From assembly GCA_963827685.1 (NCBI GenBank), contig CAWHBU010000002.1, positions 576,001 to 640,000 of the forward strand: a stretch of DNA of 64,000 nt. Reading direction: 5' to 3'. Under the pieces are notes generated by a model. It was given only the letters and a program-made list of their open reading frames with translations, ran no database searches and was not told where the DNA came from. Both the position numbers and the translations under genes were made by a program. The first letter of the stretch is position 1, and each line of letters opens with the position of its first letter. This document shows positions 48,618 through 57,619 of this stretch, in pieces. Origin of the DNA: an uncultured delta proteobacterium. GTDB taxonomy: Bacteria; Desulfobacterota; BSN033; UBA1163.

Positions 48618-48815
48618 TTAGGCAGTTTTTGAGGAAGAGCCCTCTTGGGGCTGACGACTCTGACTAAGGCAGGCCTTCCTCATCCAGATTTTTTCTCTGG
48701 ATATACCTTCTAAATAGAATTCCTCCTGACCGTTTACCTCAACCTCAACGGTCTCGTTGAAATTTTTTTGTATGCTTTCAACAAATTGTTTTCCGTCAAT
48801 GCAACGGTAATTCAT
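48618..48815 (-). CDS. Small hypothetical protein (uncertain)
   Basis: 65-aa ORF co-oriented with its neighbours. Confidence 0.35.
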   Translation of the reverse strand: MNYRCIDGKQFVESIQKNFNETVEVEVNGQEEFYLEGISREKIWMRKACLSQSRQPQEGSSSKTA

Positions 48816-48841
48816 GCCGCTCTAATATTGATCACTTATTA

Positions 48842-49024
48842 CTACTCTTCGGTTTGCATTCTATTTCTGCGGAAGTAAGGCATAACCTCCCTTCCAAAAA
48901 TGAGGATAGTCTTTTCTATAGCGTTTGCCACCCCAAGAGCCCACTTCTTTCCGATTTTCTTTTTGAGCCAGTAATAGAAGCATATGTTTTTATTGATGAG
49001 AAAACCCTTCATCCATTTCTCCAT
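48842..49024 (-). CDS. Small hypothetical protein (uncertain)
   Basis: Lies just downstream of a sigma54 motif. Confidence 0.35.
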   Translation of the reverse strand: MEKWMKGFLINKNICFYYWLKKKIGKKWALGVANAIEKTILIFGREVMPYFRRNRMQTEE

Positions 49025-49052
49025 TGATTGGGCTAATCCTTTGCAATTAAAA

Positions 49053-49068
49053 AGCATTTTATGTGCCA
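49053..49068 (-). promoter_or_regulatory. Sigma54 (-24/-12) promoter
   Basis: TGGCAC-ATAAA-ATGCT on the minus strand. Confidence 0.6.
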
Positions 49069-49314
49069 GATCACTGGAATCATTATAAGTTCTCATAATT
49101 ATTTACTTTTTCTCAACCCACGATATTCCAACGAAAACGAAAAGTGGAAGCCTTTTCCATAAAAGTTCTAAATAGGTTCCCTCAAAAGTGAAAAATTGTT
49201 TCCGCCGTCTGGAAGATGTGGAGTCACTAAGAAGTTACTAAGAAGCCTTTTCCCGGTTGAAAAGGCAGTTTCTTACTCTTTCTTCTGTCTCCCGTAGAGG
49301 ATAAAGTAAAAATA

Positions 49315-49353
49315 AAAAAGGCAGAGCCATTTCTGACCCCGCCTTTGTTCTTT
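49315..49353 (-). terminator. Repeated terminator-like hairpin (copy 1; copy 2 at 49803-49841)
   Basis: AAAAAGGCAGAGCCATTTCTGACCCCGCCTTTGTTCTTT vs AAAAAGGCAGGACCATTTCTAACCCTGCCTTCGTTCTTT. Confidence 0.6.
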
Positions 49354-49632
49354 GACAATATATTTTTTAGAGACAGGGGAAAATGAAAAGGCCGACCGAA
49401 AGCCGGCCTCTTATGTGTGTTCTCCTCTTGGAGCAATCACCCTCTTCATTTCATCAGAAGCCCGCATTAGCCGAAGAGCCTACGCATTGAAGAGTTTCCC
49501 ATTTCTCTGCTTCGTTCTCTCTGGTTCGAATCCTTTTGGGGATTCTTACGGAGTTCTAAATCCAATCCGTCCTTTTTCTTTATATTTTCTATGGCATTAA
49601 AAGGGGGTAAAAGCCATGCCATAAAATCAGAT

Positions 49633-49701
49633 AAAAAAGGGCTGAGAGGGGGGATCTCAGCCCAAGGAGGGGGAAATGAAAAAACTGTTCATTTCTCCTG
49701 T
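49633..49701 (-). ncRNA. Candidate ~70-nt small RNA with exposed anti-Shine-Dalgarno sequence
   Basis: Extended -10 TGATATTCT (49716-49708), 5' hairpin, CTCCTT linker, GGGCTGAGA/TCTCAGCCC stem + T6. Confidence 0.45.
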
Positions 49702-50042
49702 AAATTTAGAATATCAAAGTGTGTGGAGATTTAAATACCGTGAAGGACGTATTTTATGACTGGAAAGACTGTATTTTTGAAACCATTGGACGCTATGAGA
49801 CTAAAAAGGCAGGACCATTTCTAACCCTGCCTTCGTTCTTTGGAATTGGATATTGATTTATTGTCTCCCTTGGGGATTGGGAGAAAAGCCCTCGCTTTTA
49901 GGCGAAGACTCTAGTTGACAAGTTTATAAAAACTTAATGAACAAATCAAATCTCATGCCCAGTAGAGGAAAATGAAATATATTGACAGTGAATTTATTTT
50001 GTGTATATTAGACACAAAGTGATAACGGTGGCAATAAACGAA

Positions 50043-50195
50043 ATGCGAAAAAGAATGAATTTCTATTTAGCGGAGATACAGATTAAGAGGTTAAAGTCAA
50101 TTGTTAGGAAAACAGGTCTATCCGCATCAGAAATCCTTAGGCGTGCCATTGATGAATATTGGGACAAATTTGGAAGGAAGGAGAGGAAATCATGA
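50043..50195 (+). CDS. Ribbon-helix-helix (CopG-like) protein
   Basis: KRMNFYL...LKS...TGLSASEILRRAIDEY. Confidence 0.75.
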   Translation: MRKRMNFYLAEIQIKRLKSIVRKTGLSASEILRRAIDEYWDKFGRKERKS

Positions 50196-50602
50196 GACGA
50201 GCAACTACTTTATTAGTGATCGTTTTAATGGGCGGGGTAGTTTTGTGGGTTTCTTGCTGCAGCATGGTGCCGACTGGACCAGTTGCCCCAGGCGGGGTAA
50301 GGTTAATAAGAATAGATATTCCACAGGAGGGGAGCATCAAAAGAAATTTACCCTTTGTGATGATTATTAATTTTGAGGCAGACGGTAAACCAGAGATTAG
50401 AACAGCCTGTTTCTACTGGTCAGGTGATGGGCCATACTGTTTTAAAGTGATGGATGTAGATTATGGTCCCCCAGGAACGATCAGAGTAGAGCCCCGTGCT
50501 AAAGATTCTGGCTCGTATGTATTGGAAACTTATGTTCTGTACATTCGAGACGGGAAGACACAACCGACTAAAGTAATAAGCTCTCCCATCAATATTCCGT
50601 AA
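50192..50602 (+). CDS. Putative lipoprotein/secreted protein
   Basis: Signal peptide ending in Cys; ATGA overlap with the RHH gene. Confidence 0.7.
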   Translation: MRRATTLLVIVLMGGVVLWVSCCSMVPTGPVAPGGVRLIRIDIPQEGSIKRNLPFVMIINFEADGKPEIRTACFYWSGDGPYCFKVMDVDYGPPGTIRVEPRAKDSGSYVLETYVLYIRDGKTQPTKVISSPINIP

Positions 50603-50961
50603 CGAAGGGATTTATGGCAAAGAAAATGGATAACAGGTGACTTGCGGAGAAAGCAATATTTACAAAGGAAGATTTTGGGGAGATTGTGAGGGTGGTAGAC
50701 AATAAGATGAGGCGAGAAAGGAAGTGAGAGGGTTGTTGATCGAATCAAAGGTTATTGGAAGTGATGAAGTTGATATTTACATGTCCTACAGGTACCCGGT
50801 AACCACAATGGTTCCGCATAAGAAATTTCTGTAATGAATGTCTACCTTTTCACCAAGGAAGAACTTAATGATTTTTTGAGGGATATGACCAATATGCGCA
50901 ATTCCTTAGTCTTAGTCGAGCGAGCAGAAGCAATGGCCTAAAGATGGAGGAGGTAATCCGA

Positions 50962-51384
50962 ATGAAATCACTATCAGTCAAGTTGACGGCTATCCTTTTC
51001 ATTATCGGACTTACTGTCTTTACCCATGCGGAAGCATGGGGATTTAATTGGAAGTATTATGGGTCGAATGAAGAGGGGTCGTATTTTTATGAGACAGAGA
51101 CGATGACACGCCAGTCCCAAAATATTGTCAGGGTATGTGTGCAATCAATTTATACGGAGAAAGGCATCTCTCATTGGGTGAGGGAGGGCGGAAAGCAATT
51201 TCAGAAGTTGGACTTTAGTTTGATATTGTCTGAATTTAACTGTGTCGAAAAATCAATTCGTCATTTACGTATTGTCTTTTATTCCAAGAATGGAGAAATT
51301 TTTTACCCAATCAAAAACCAAGAATGGCATCTTTTCGTTCCAGACTCAATGTCCAGGGTTTTATTCCAGGAGATATGCAAGTAA
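50962..51384 (+). CDS. Secreted protein, surface-adhesin-E-like
   Basis: Signal peptide; WKYYG...FY...EFNC...W..FVPDSM...IC. Confidence 0.65.
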   Translation: MKSLSVKLTAILFIIGLTVFTHAEAWGFNWKYYGSNEEGSYFYETETMTRQSQNIVRVCVQSIYTEKGISHWVREGGKQFQKLDFSLILSEFNCVEKSIRHLRIVFYSKNGEIFYPIKNQEWHLFVPDSMSRVLFQEICK

Positions 51385-51393
51385 TAGAGAATA

Positions 51394-51470
51394 TGGTCGG
51401 GGAGAGGAGATTTGAACTCCCGACTTCTTGGTCCCGAACCAAGCGCGCTACCAGGCTGCGCTACTCCCCG
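51394..51470 (-). tRNA. tRNA-Pro (CGG)
   Basis: CGGGGAG/CTCCCCG acceptor stem, anticodon loop TTCGGGA, GTTCAAAT T-loop, CCA. Confidence 0.97.
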
Positions 51471-51632
51471 AATCATCAAATAACGCTAAACGCATAGAGC
51501 AGAGGATACAGCGTTTTTGCATTATTAAAATACAAGATTTAATCTGAATTGTCCAGCCTTCTCTGTTGACAACCTCAGGACGGGTGGGTTAATAAAAACG
51601 AATTAAATAAAATCTATCTGCCGTTGAGGGAA

Positions 51633-52292
51633 ATGATGAAGATCGAATTCATTCAGGCAAGAGATTTGCCAGATGCGTGGTTTCAATGTGTCTATAACAT
51701 CTTCGAGAAGGGATATGAATATACCATTGACAGGGGGAGTTTTAAGGGGCAAAAAAGGATTGAATACGATTATATCGTTGTCCAAATCGCCCATCCTGGG
51801 ACGAGACCCCTGATCCCTGATATCCCTCCAGGTTGCAATGTTCCCCCTCCCACCTCCATGGAATATGTCGAGCAATATCTTGAGAAGTTGATTACCTCGA
51901 GAAAGGATGTCCACGAAACTTACACCTATGGGGAAGATCTCGAAAGGCAGATTGATGAAGTCATCCGGATGTATCGGGAGGAAGGACTGAATACCAATCA
52001 GGCTTATATGGCGGTTGGCGATGCAAGCTCGATTTTACTCCAGGACCCCCAATGCCTTCGTGGCATTGATACGCGTATTCGCTATGAAAAGCTCCATTTC
52101 ATGCTCTACTTTCGCTCGTGGGACTTATGGGCTGGATTCCCATCCAATCTCGCCGGCCTTCAGCTGCTGAAAGAGTATATGGCAAAGGAGATTGGAGTAG
52201 AGGATGGAGAGATCATCGCCTCCAGCAAGGGACTCCATATTTATGACTATTGTTGGGATCTGGCGAAGACAAGAACCGGAAGAAAAAAATAG
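51633..52292 (+). CDS. thyA: Thymidylate synthase, short archaeal-type ThyA
   Basis: YTYG, PQCL, FRSWD, FPSN, HIYD. Confidence 0.85.
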   Translation: MMKIEFIQARDLPDAWFQCVYNIFEKGYEYTIDRGSFKGQKRIEYDYIVVQIAHPGTRPLIPDIPPGCNVPPPTSMEYVEQYLEKLITSRKDVHETYTYGEDLERQIDEVIRMYREEGLNTNQAYMAVGDASSILLQDPQCLRGIDTRIRYEKLHFMLYFRSWDLWAGFPSNLAGLQLLKEYMAKEIGVEDGEIIASSKGLHIYDYCWDLAKTRTGRKK

Positions 52293-52381
52293 TACCTTTC
52301 CAAATCCTCCTAATTATTTCATCCCGTTTGGACTTAAAAAATCTGGTAACAAATCCATTTCTCAAGTAAGGAGAAGAATAT

Positions 52382-53533
52382 ATGGATTTTAGCCTTTCGA
52401 CCGAGCAAGAGATGGTGAGGGATTTGTGTAGGAATTTTGCGAAGAATGAGATTATGCCAATCGCGGAGGAACTGGATAAGACCGGTCAATTCCCTTATGA
52501 GGTATGGAAAAAAATGGGTGATTTGGGGATTTGCGGCATTCCCTTCCCTCAGGAATGCGGGGGAGGGGGATTGGATTGGCTTTCCATGATCATCGCCATC
52601 GAGGAGATCAGTCGAGGAGATGCCTCTTTGGGAAACTCCCTTTTAGATTCTGTCACGCTCGCGATGAATCTCCTCTGCACCTTCGGAACAGAGGAGCAGA
52701 AAAAGAAATGGCTCATGCCATTGGCCACAGGGGAAAAGATCGGGGCATTTGGTTTGACGGAGCCTCAGGCGGGTTCAGACGCGAGTGCCATTCAAACGAG
52801 AGCGGTCTTGGAGGATGATGAATGGGTCATCAACGGGACCAAACAATTCATCACCAATGCAGGACTTACGCATAATAGTCTGGTAATCATTGCCGCGGTG
52901 ACCGGGGTGGGGGAGAAAGGAAAGAAGAAGGCTTCCAATTTCATCATCCCGACAGGGGTGGGCGGTTACAATTTTGGACAGAAGTATAAGAAGATGGGAT
53001 ATCGATCCTCAGAGACCAGAGAGCTGATTTTTGATGACTGCCGTATTCCAAAAGAAAATATTTTGGGGAACCCTGATAAGGGAATCTCCCAATTTCTGAT
53101 GGCTCTCCAGACCAGTCGAATTGGGTTTGCTGCCCATTCTGTGGGATTGGCTCAGGCCATCTTAGATGTTTCATTGGCTTATGCGAAGGAAAGAAAGCAA
53201 TTTGGCAGAAACATCGGTGAATTTCAAGCCATTCGATTTAAATTGGCGGACATGTTGATGGAGATCGAATTAGCAAGATTGATGGTTTATAAAGCTGCCT
53301 GGCAAAAAGATCAGGATGAGAACTATTTTGCCACTTCCACTTTTGCAAAGATTTTTGCATCGGAGACAGCCAAACGATGTGCTGACAGGGGGGTCCAAAT
53401 CCATGGAGCCTATGGATTGATGGATGAATATCCGATCTCCCGTTACTGGCGCGAGGTAAAATTTGAGGAGATTCTGGAAGGGACCTCAGAAATTCAGAGG
53501 GTCAACATCGCCAGAAGAGTTTTGAAGCTTTAG
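52382..53533 (+). CDS. Acyl-CoA dehydrogenase
   Basis: AFGLTEPQAGSD, NGTKQFITN, RKQFG, ILEGTSEIQR. Confidence 0.93.
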   Translation: MDFSLSTEQEMVRDLCRNFAKNEIMPIAEELDKTGQFPYEVWKKMGDLGICGIPFPQECGGGGLDWLSMIIAIEEISRGDASLGNSLLDSVTLAMNLLCTFGTEEQKKKWLMPLATGEKIGAFGLTEPQAGSDASAIQTRAVLEDDEWVINGTKQFITNAGLTHNSLVIIAAVTGVGEKGKKKASNFIIPTGVGGYNFGQKYKKMGYRSSETRELIFDDCRIPKENILGNPDKGISQFLMALQTSRIGFAAHSVGLAQAILDVSLAYAKERKQFGRNIGEFQAIRFKLADMLMEIELARLMVYKAAWQKDQDENYFATSTFAKIFASETAKRCADRGVQIHGAYGLMDEYPISRYWREVKFEEILEGTSEIQRVNIARRVLKL

Positions 53534-53554
53534 AAAGGGATCCCAACTCCTTGC

Positions 53555-54331
53555 TTATTGATCATTGGTTCCTCTTTCCACATAAGCGTAAGCACTGTGA
53601 TTATGAATCGACTCAAAGTTTTCAGATTCCACAGTAAACCAGGTGATGTTCCCATCTCTTTTTAAACGTTTGGCTATCTCCCTCACCACATCCTCGACAA
53701 ACATCGGGTTCTCGTAGGCTTTTTCCGTCACATATTTTTCATCCGGCCTTTTTAGGATGGAATAAAGATCACAGGAGGCGCATTCCTCAACCAACTGGAT
53801 GATGTCTTCAATCCAAATGAACTTTTTAAATCGCAGATTGACCGTGACCAGGGACCTTTGATTGTGTGCCCCGAATTGGCTGATCTCTTTTGAGCAAGGG
53901 CATACAGTGGTAATCGGAACGACGATCCCAACGGAAAAGTCTTCTTTCTCGTTGCTCGAGCCGCAGAACCGACAGATATACTCCATCAAGCTCTTGGACT
54001 TCGTCACAGGAGCTTCTTTTTCGATGAAATAAGGGAATTCTACTTCCAGGTGAGCGGTCTTGGCTCTCAGCTTCCGTTTAACTTCTGTCAGGATTTTTGA
54101 GAAGGTCTTGATGGCAATATCCCCCTTGTATTTGTTGAGAATTTCCACAAAACGGCTCATATGGGTCCCCTTGAAGCGATGAGGAAGGTCGACAAACATA
54201 TTGACGTTGGCGACCGTGTGCTGGAAGCCTTTTGCTTTATCCAAAACCGTGATGGGATAACGGATATTCTTTACCCCGACTTTATTGATCTCAATTCTTC
54301 GATGATCCCTTTGATTCTGAATATCATTCAT
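53555..54331 (-). CDS. folE2: GTP cyclohydrolase IB
   Basis: KGTHMSRF, TTVCPCSKEIS, AHNQRS, ESIHNH. Confidence 0.95.
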   Translation of the reverse strand: MNDIQNQRDHRRIEINKVGVKNIRYPITVLDKAKGFQHTVANVNMFVDLPHRFKGTHMSRFVEILNKYKGDIAIKTFSKILTEVKRKLRAKTAHLEVEFPYFIEKEAPVTKSKSLMEYICRFCGSSNEKEDFSVGIVVPITTVCPCSKEISQFGAHNQRSLVTVNLRFKKFIWIEDIIQLVEECASCDLYSILKRPDEKYVTEKAYENPMFVEDVVREIAKRLKRDGNITWFTVESENFESIHNHSAYAYVERGTNDQ

Positions 54332-54333
54332 GG

Positions 54334-54705
54334 TTACCTCCCGAAATAGGTGGCGCTGGAAGTCTCCGACTCCCATGCCGTCACCTTTTTAAGGGTCCCA
54401 GGATATCCCTTCAACTCACTTTTCAGTCTATCAAAAATATATTTTGCAATATTTTCAGAAGAGGGTTCAATCCCTGAAAAAAAAGGAAGGTCATTGAGGT
54501 AAGTATGATCCAGAGGCTTCAAGACTTTTTCAAGCTTTTGTTTCAAGATTCCGAAATCGATTGCCACCCCTTCCTTCCCTAATCGGTTGGACACGACAGA
54601 GACCTCCACCTTCCAATTATGACCGTGAAGTTCTTCGCATTTTCCGTGAAGATAACGTAATCGATGGGCACCTGAGAAGTGGGAACGAACGGAGATCTCA
54701 TACAT
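54334..54705 (-). CDS. queD: 6-carboxytetrahydropterin synthase
   Basis: AHRL, CEELHGHNW, LDHTYLN, WESETS. Confidence 0.93.
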   Translation of the reverse strand: MYEISVRSHFSGAHRLRYLHGKCEELHGHNWKVEVSVVSNRLGKEGVAIDFGILKQKLEKVLKPLDHTYLNDLPFFSGIEPSSENIAKYIFDRLKSELKGYPGTLKKVTAWESETSSATYFGR

Positions 54706-54768
54706 CGCTACTTTCCTTTCTATAAATATCAGAGGGTAGGGAAGGTATAGATGCGTTCCCTACAACGT

Positions 54769-56136
54769 TTAATCCACCAATATTATCCTCACATCCATAA
54801 CATTGGTGTGAGTCGGTCCGGTGATCAAAAGGTCTCCTAATTTTTGAAAAAAAGGGTAAGCATCGTTGTTCTCAAGATGGACCTTGGGATTGAGACCCAT
54901 AGCTTTCGCTCTCTGAACGGTAGTATGGTCAGCCAGCGCCCCTGTAGCATCCGTGGGTCCGTCCGTTCCATCTGTTCCTCCACTCAGAAGGATCACCCTT
55001 TCAATCCCGCTGATCTCTAAAGCTCCTGTCAAGACAAATTCCTGGTTTCTTCCTCCGAGACCATTGCCCTTTATGGTGACAGTGGTTTCGCCTCCGGAAA
55101 GAATGCAGGCAGGCCTTGGGATTGGGTTCCCACTGGAAAGCACTTCTTTTGCAATAGCCGTATGAAATCGAGATGCCTCTCGGGTCTCACCTTCAATCGA
55201 AGAAGAGAGAATGACGGTGTTAAACCCAAGGGATTCAGCCTCCTTTTTCGCTTCCAGGAGGGCAAGGATATTCGATCCAATAAGGCTATTGTAAACTTTC
55301 TCGAAGACGATCTCTCCAGGTTTTGGTGTCTCTTCAACCTTCCCTTCTTTTCCTGATCGGAGACGTTTTTGAATCGAAGGGGAGATTTCGTTAAGCAAAT
55401 CATATTTTTTCAAGATCTCCCATGCCTCTTCAAAGGTGGAGGGGTCGGGAACAGTAGGGCCAGAGCCGATGACATCCAATTGATCTCCCACGACATCGGA
55501 CAGGATGAACGCGATGACTGTGGAAGGATAAGCCCACTTGGCAAGCCATCCTCCTTTCATCATGGAGATATGTTTGCGGATCGTGTTGATTTCTTTAATA
55601 TCTGCACCACAATCGAGAAGGAGTTGGGTCACCTCTTGTTTTTCTCTGAGATCGATGTGGTCGGCTGGAAATGGAAGGAGTGCTGAGCCGCCCCCTGAAA
55701 GGAGAAAAATCACCAAGTCTTTGGGTCCCGATTCTTTCAGCAGACGCTGGATCTTTCTTGCTCCCTCGTAGCCCTTCTGATCAGGAATGGGATGTCCTGC
55801 TTCAATAATCTTAGTTTTTTTAAGAGGGAGCAGATGTCCATATTTTGTGGTGATTACTCCTTTTGTCAACCGATCTCCAAAGATTTCTTCAATCGCCTGG
55901 GCCATAGAAGTGGAGGCTTTCCCAGAACCGACAAGGAATATCTTATCAAAGGCATTTAAATCAAAGACCTTTTCTAAATCCCCTTCCATCCTGACGGATA
56001 GACGATCCCTTTGAATTCGAATTCTATCTTTCAGGATTTTGGATGGGACGACTGCGGAGAGGGCTTTTAAAAAGATGGCCTTCGCCATTCTCTTCATTTC
56101 ATCCAAAGAAAAAGTTCCCAAAGACAGATCCTCCAT
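54769..56136 (-). CDS. Glycerate 2-kinase (MOFRL family)
   Basis: GSGKAS, SGGGSAL, SDVVGD, GGETTV, GGRNQE, TDGTDG, TNVMD. Confidence 0.93.
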   Translation of the reverse strand: MEDLSLGTFSLDEMKRMAKAIFLKALSAVVPSKILKDRIRIQRDRLSVRMEGDLEKVFDLNAFDKIFLVGSGKASTSMAQAIEEIFGDRLTKGVITTKYGHLLPLKKTKIIEAGHPIPDQKGYEGARKIQRLLKESGPKDLVIFLLSGGGSALLPFPADHIDLREKQEVTQLLLDCGADIKEINTIRKHISMMKGGWLAKWAYPSTVIAFILSDVVGDQLDVIGSGPTVPDPSTFEEAWEILKKYDLLNEISPSIQKRLRSGKEGKVEETPKPGEIVFEKVYNSLIGSNILALLEAKKEAESLGFNTVILSSSIEGETREASRFHTAIAKEVLSSGNPIPRPACILSGGETTVTIKGNGLGGRNQEFVLTGALEISGIERVILLSGGTDGTDGPTDATGALADHTTVQRAKAMGLNPKVHLENNDAYPFFQKLGDLLITGPTHTNVMDVRIILVD

Positions 56137-56253
56137 TTTAACTATTTGAAATTTATAACTCTATCCGCCTTTTTAGTCAATCCTCGAGTTTTACACTTAA
56201 TCCCCTTTCTGTTATAGTAAGGTAACGAAGTTTCGGAAGGATTTAAAGAATAG

Positions 56254-57593
56254 ATGGAGCTACCCCTTCGATACATCCTGACTGTCTCAGAACTTACCCG
56301 GGAGATCAAAGATATTCTTGAAGATAGATTTCCTGATGTCTGGATCGAGGGAGAGATTTCGAACCTTCGGATTCCTCCTTCCGGGCACATCTACTTCACT
56401 TTGAAAGATGATTTCAGCCAGATTCGTGCCGTCCTCTTTAAGATGCAGGCTCGGACTCTTCGATTCGTCCCTGAAGATGGGCTTCACATCATCGGGAGAG
56501 GAAGAGTCAGCCTCTATGAAAAGAGGGGAGACTATCAGCTGATTTTGGAATCGATTGAGCCCAAAGGGATGGGAGCCCTTCAGTTGGCTTTTCTCCAATT
56601 GAAAGAGAAACTTGAGAGGGAAGGACTTTTTGATCCGACTCTAAAAAAAACAATCCCAATGATTCCACAAAAAATTGGAATCGTCACATCTCCCACCGGA
56701 GCCGTCATCCAGGATATGCTCCATATTCTCGAGAGACGATTTAAAAATCTTCATATCCTTCTTTATCCGGTTCGGGTTCAAGGGGAGGGGGCGTCATCAG
56801 AGATCGCTGAGGCCATAAATTATTTCAATAGGTTTACAGATGCGGATGTCATGATCGTTGGCCGGGGAGGAGGATCGCTCGAAGACCTATGGGCTTTTAA
56901 TGAGGAGGTGGTGGCCAGGGCCATTTATCGCTCCAAAACCCCGATCATTTCTGCGGTAGGACACGAGACCGACTACACCATCGCAGATTTTGTAGCCGAT
57001 TTAAGAGCCCCACACCCTCTGCTGCCGCAGAATTGGTGGTCAGGGATAAAAGGGAAATAAAAAACGTCCTGCACTATTTAGAGAGCCGTTTGGAGAATCA
57101 AACGCTGCAAATGTTACAAGAATATCGAACCCATTTATCCCATCTTAAAAAGATTTTTAAAGAACCTGGAAAGAGGGTTGAAGAGTATTTTTTAAGGCTG
57201 GATGATTTTGCCAACCGACTGCGTCTTTTGGCATCATGGACTCTTAGAAGAAAGGGAGAACAGTGCCTGCATCTCAGTGAAGGTCTACTCCTCCGAAATC
57301 CAATGCAAAGGGTAAAAACCATCCGATCATCTATTTGGGAGGCAAGGAAGCGTCTGGAGCAAAACGTGAAGTATTCCATTGAGATTCAACGGCAGAGAGT
57401 TGGAGGGACTTTGGGAAAGTTAGATTCATTAAGCCCCTTATCTATTCTCAAAAGGGGATATAGTATTACACGTAAGCTCCCTTCGCTGCAAATTTTAAGG
57501 GATGCTTCCGACGTGAAAGAGGGGAATAAGGTGGAGGTGAGACTCTATGAAGGGATCTTGCTCTGCGGTGTGGAAAAAACGGAAAAGGCTTGA
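56254..57593 (+). CDS. xseA: Exodeoxyribonuclease VII large subunit; apparent frameshift at C-run about 57008-57011
   Basis: [32 protein letters not shown]|[16 protein letters not shown]. Confidence 0.93.
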
Positions 57594-57619
57594 CGATCAA
57601 AGCTTTAAAGATATAAAAT

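Noticed and set aside
49440-49500. Hammerhead ribozyme (CTGATGA...GAAA on the minus strand)
   Set aside because: I could not build the three required stems or the cleavage triplet.
49611-49626. Sigma54 promoter on the minus strand (TGGCATGGCTTTTAC)
   Set aside because: The -12 GC is replaced by AC.
45200-51394. Prophage or integrative element at tRNA-Pro
   Set aside because: No integrase, phage genes or duplicated tRNA 3' end found.
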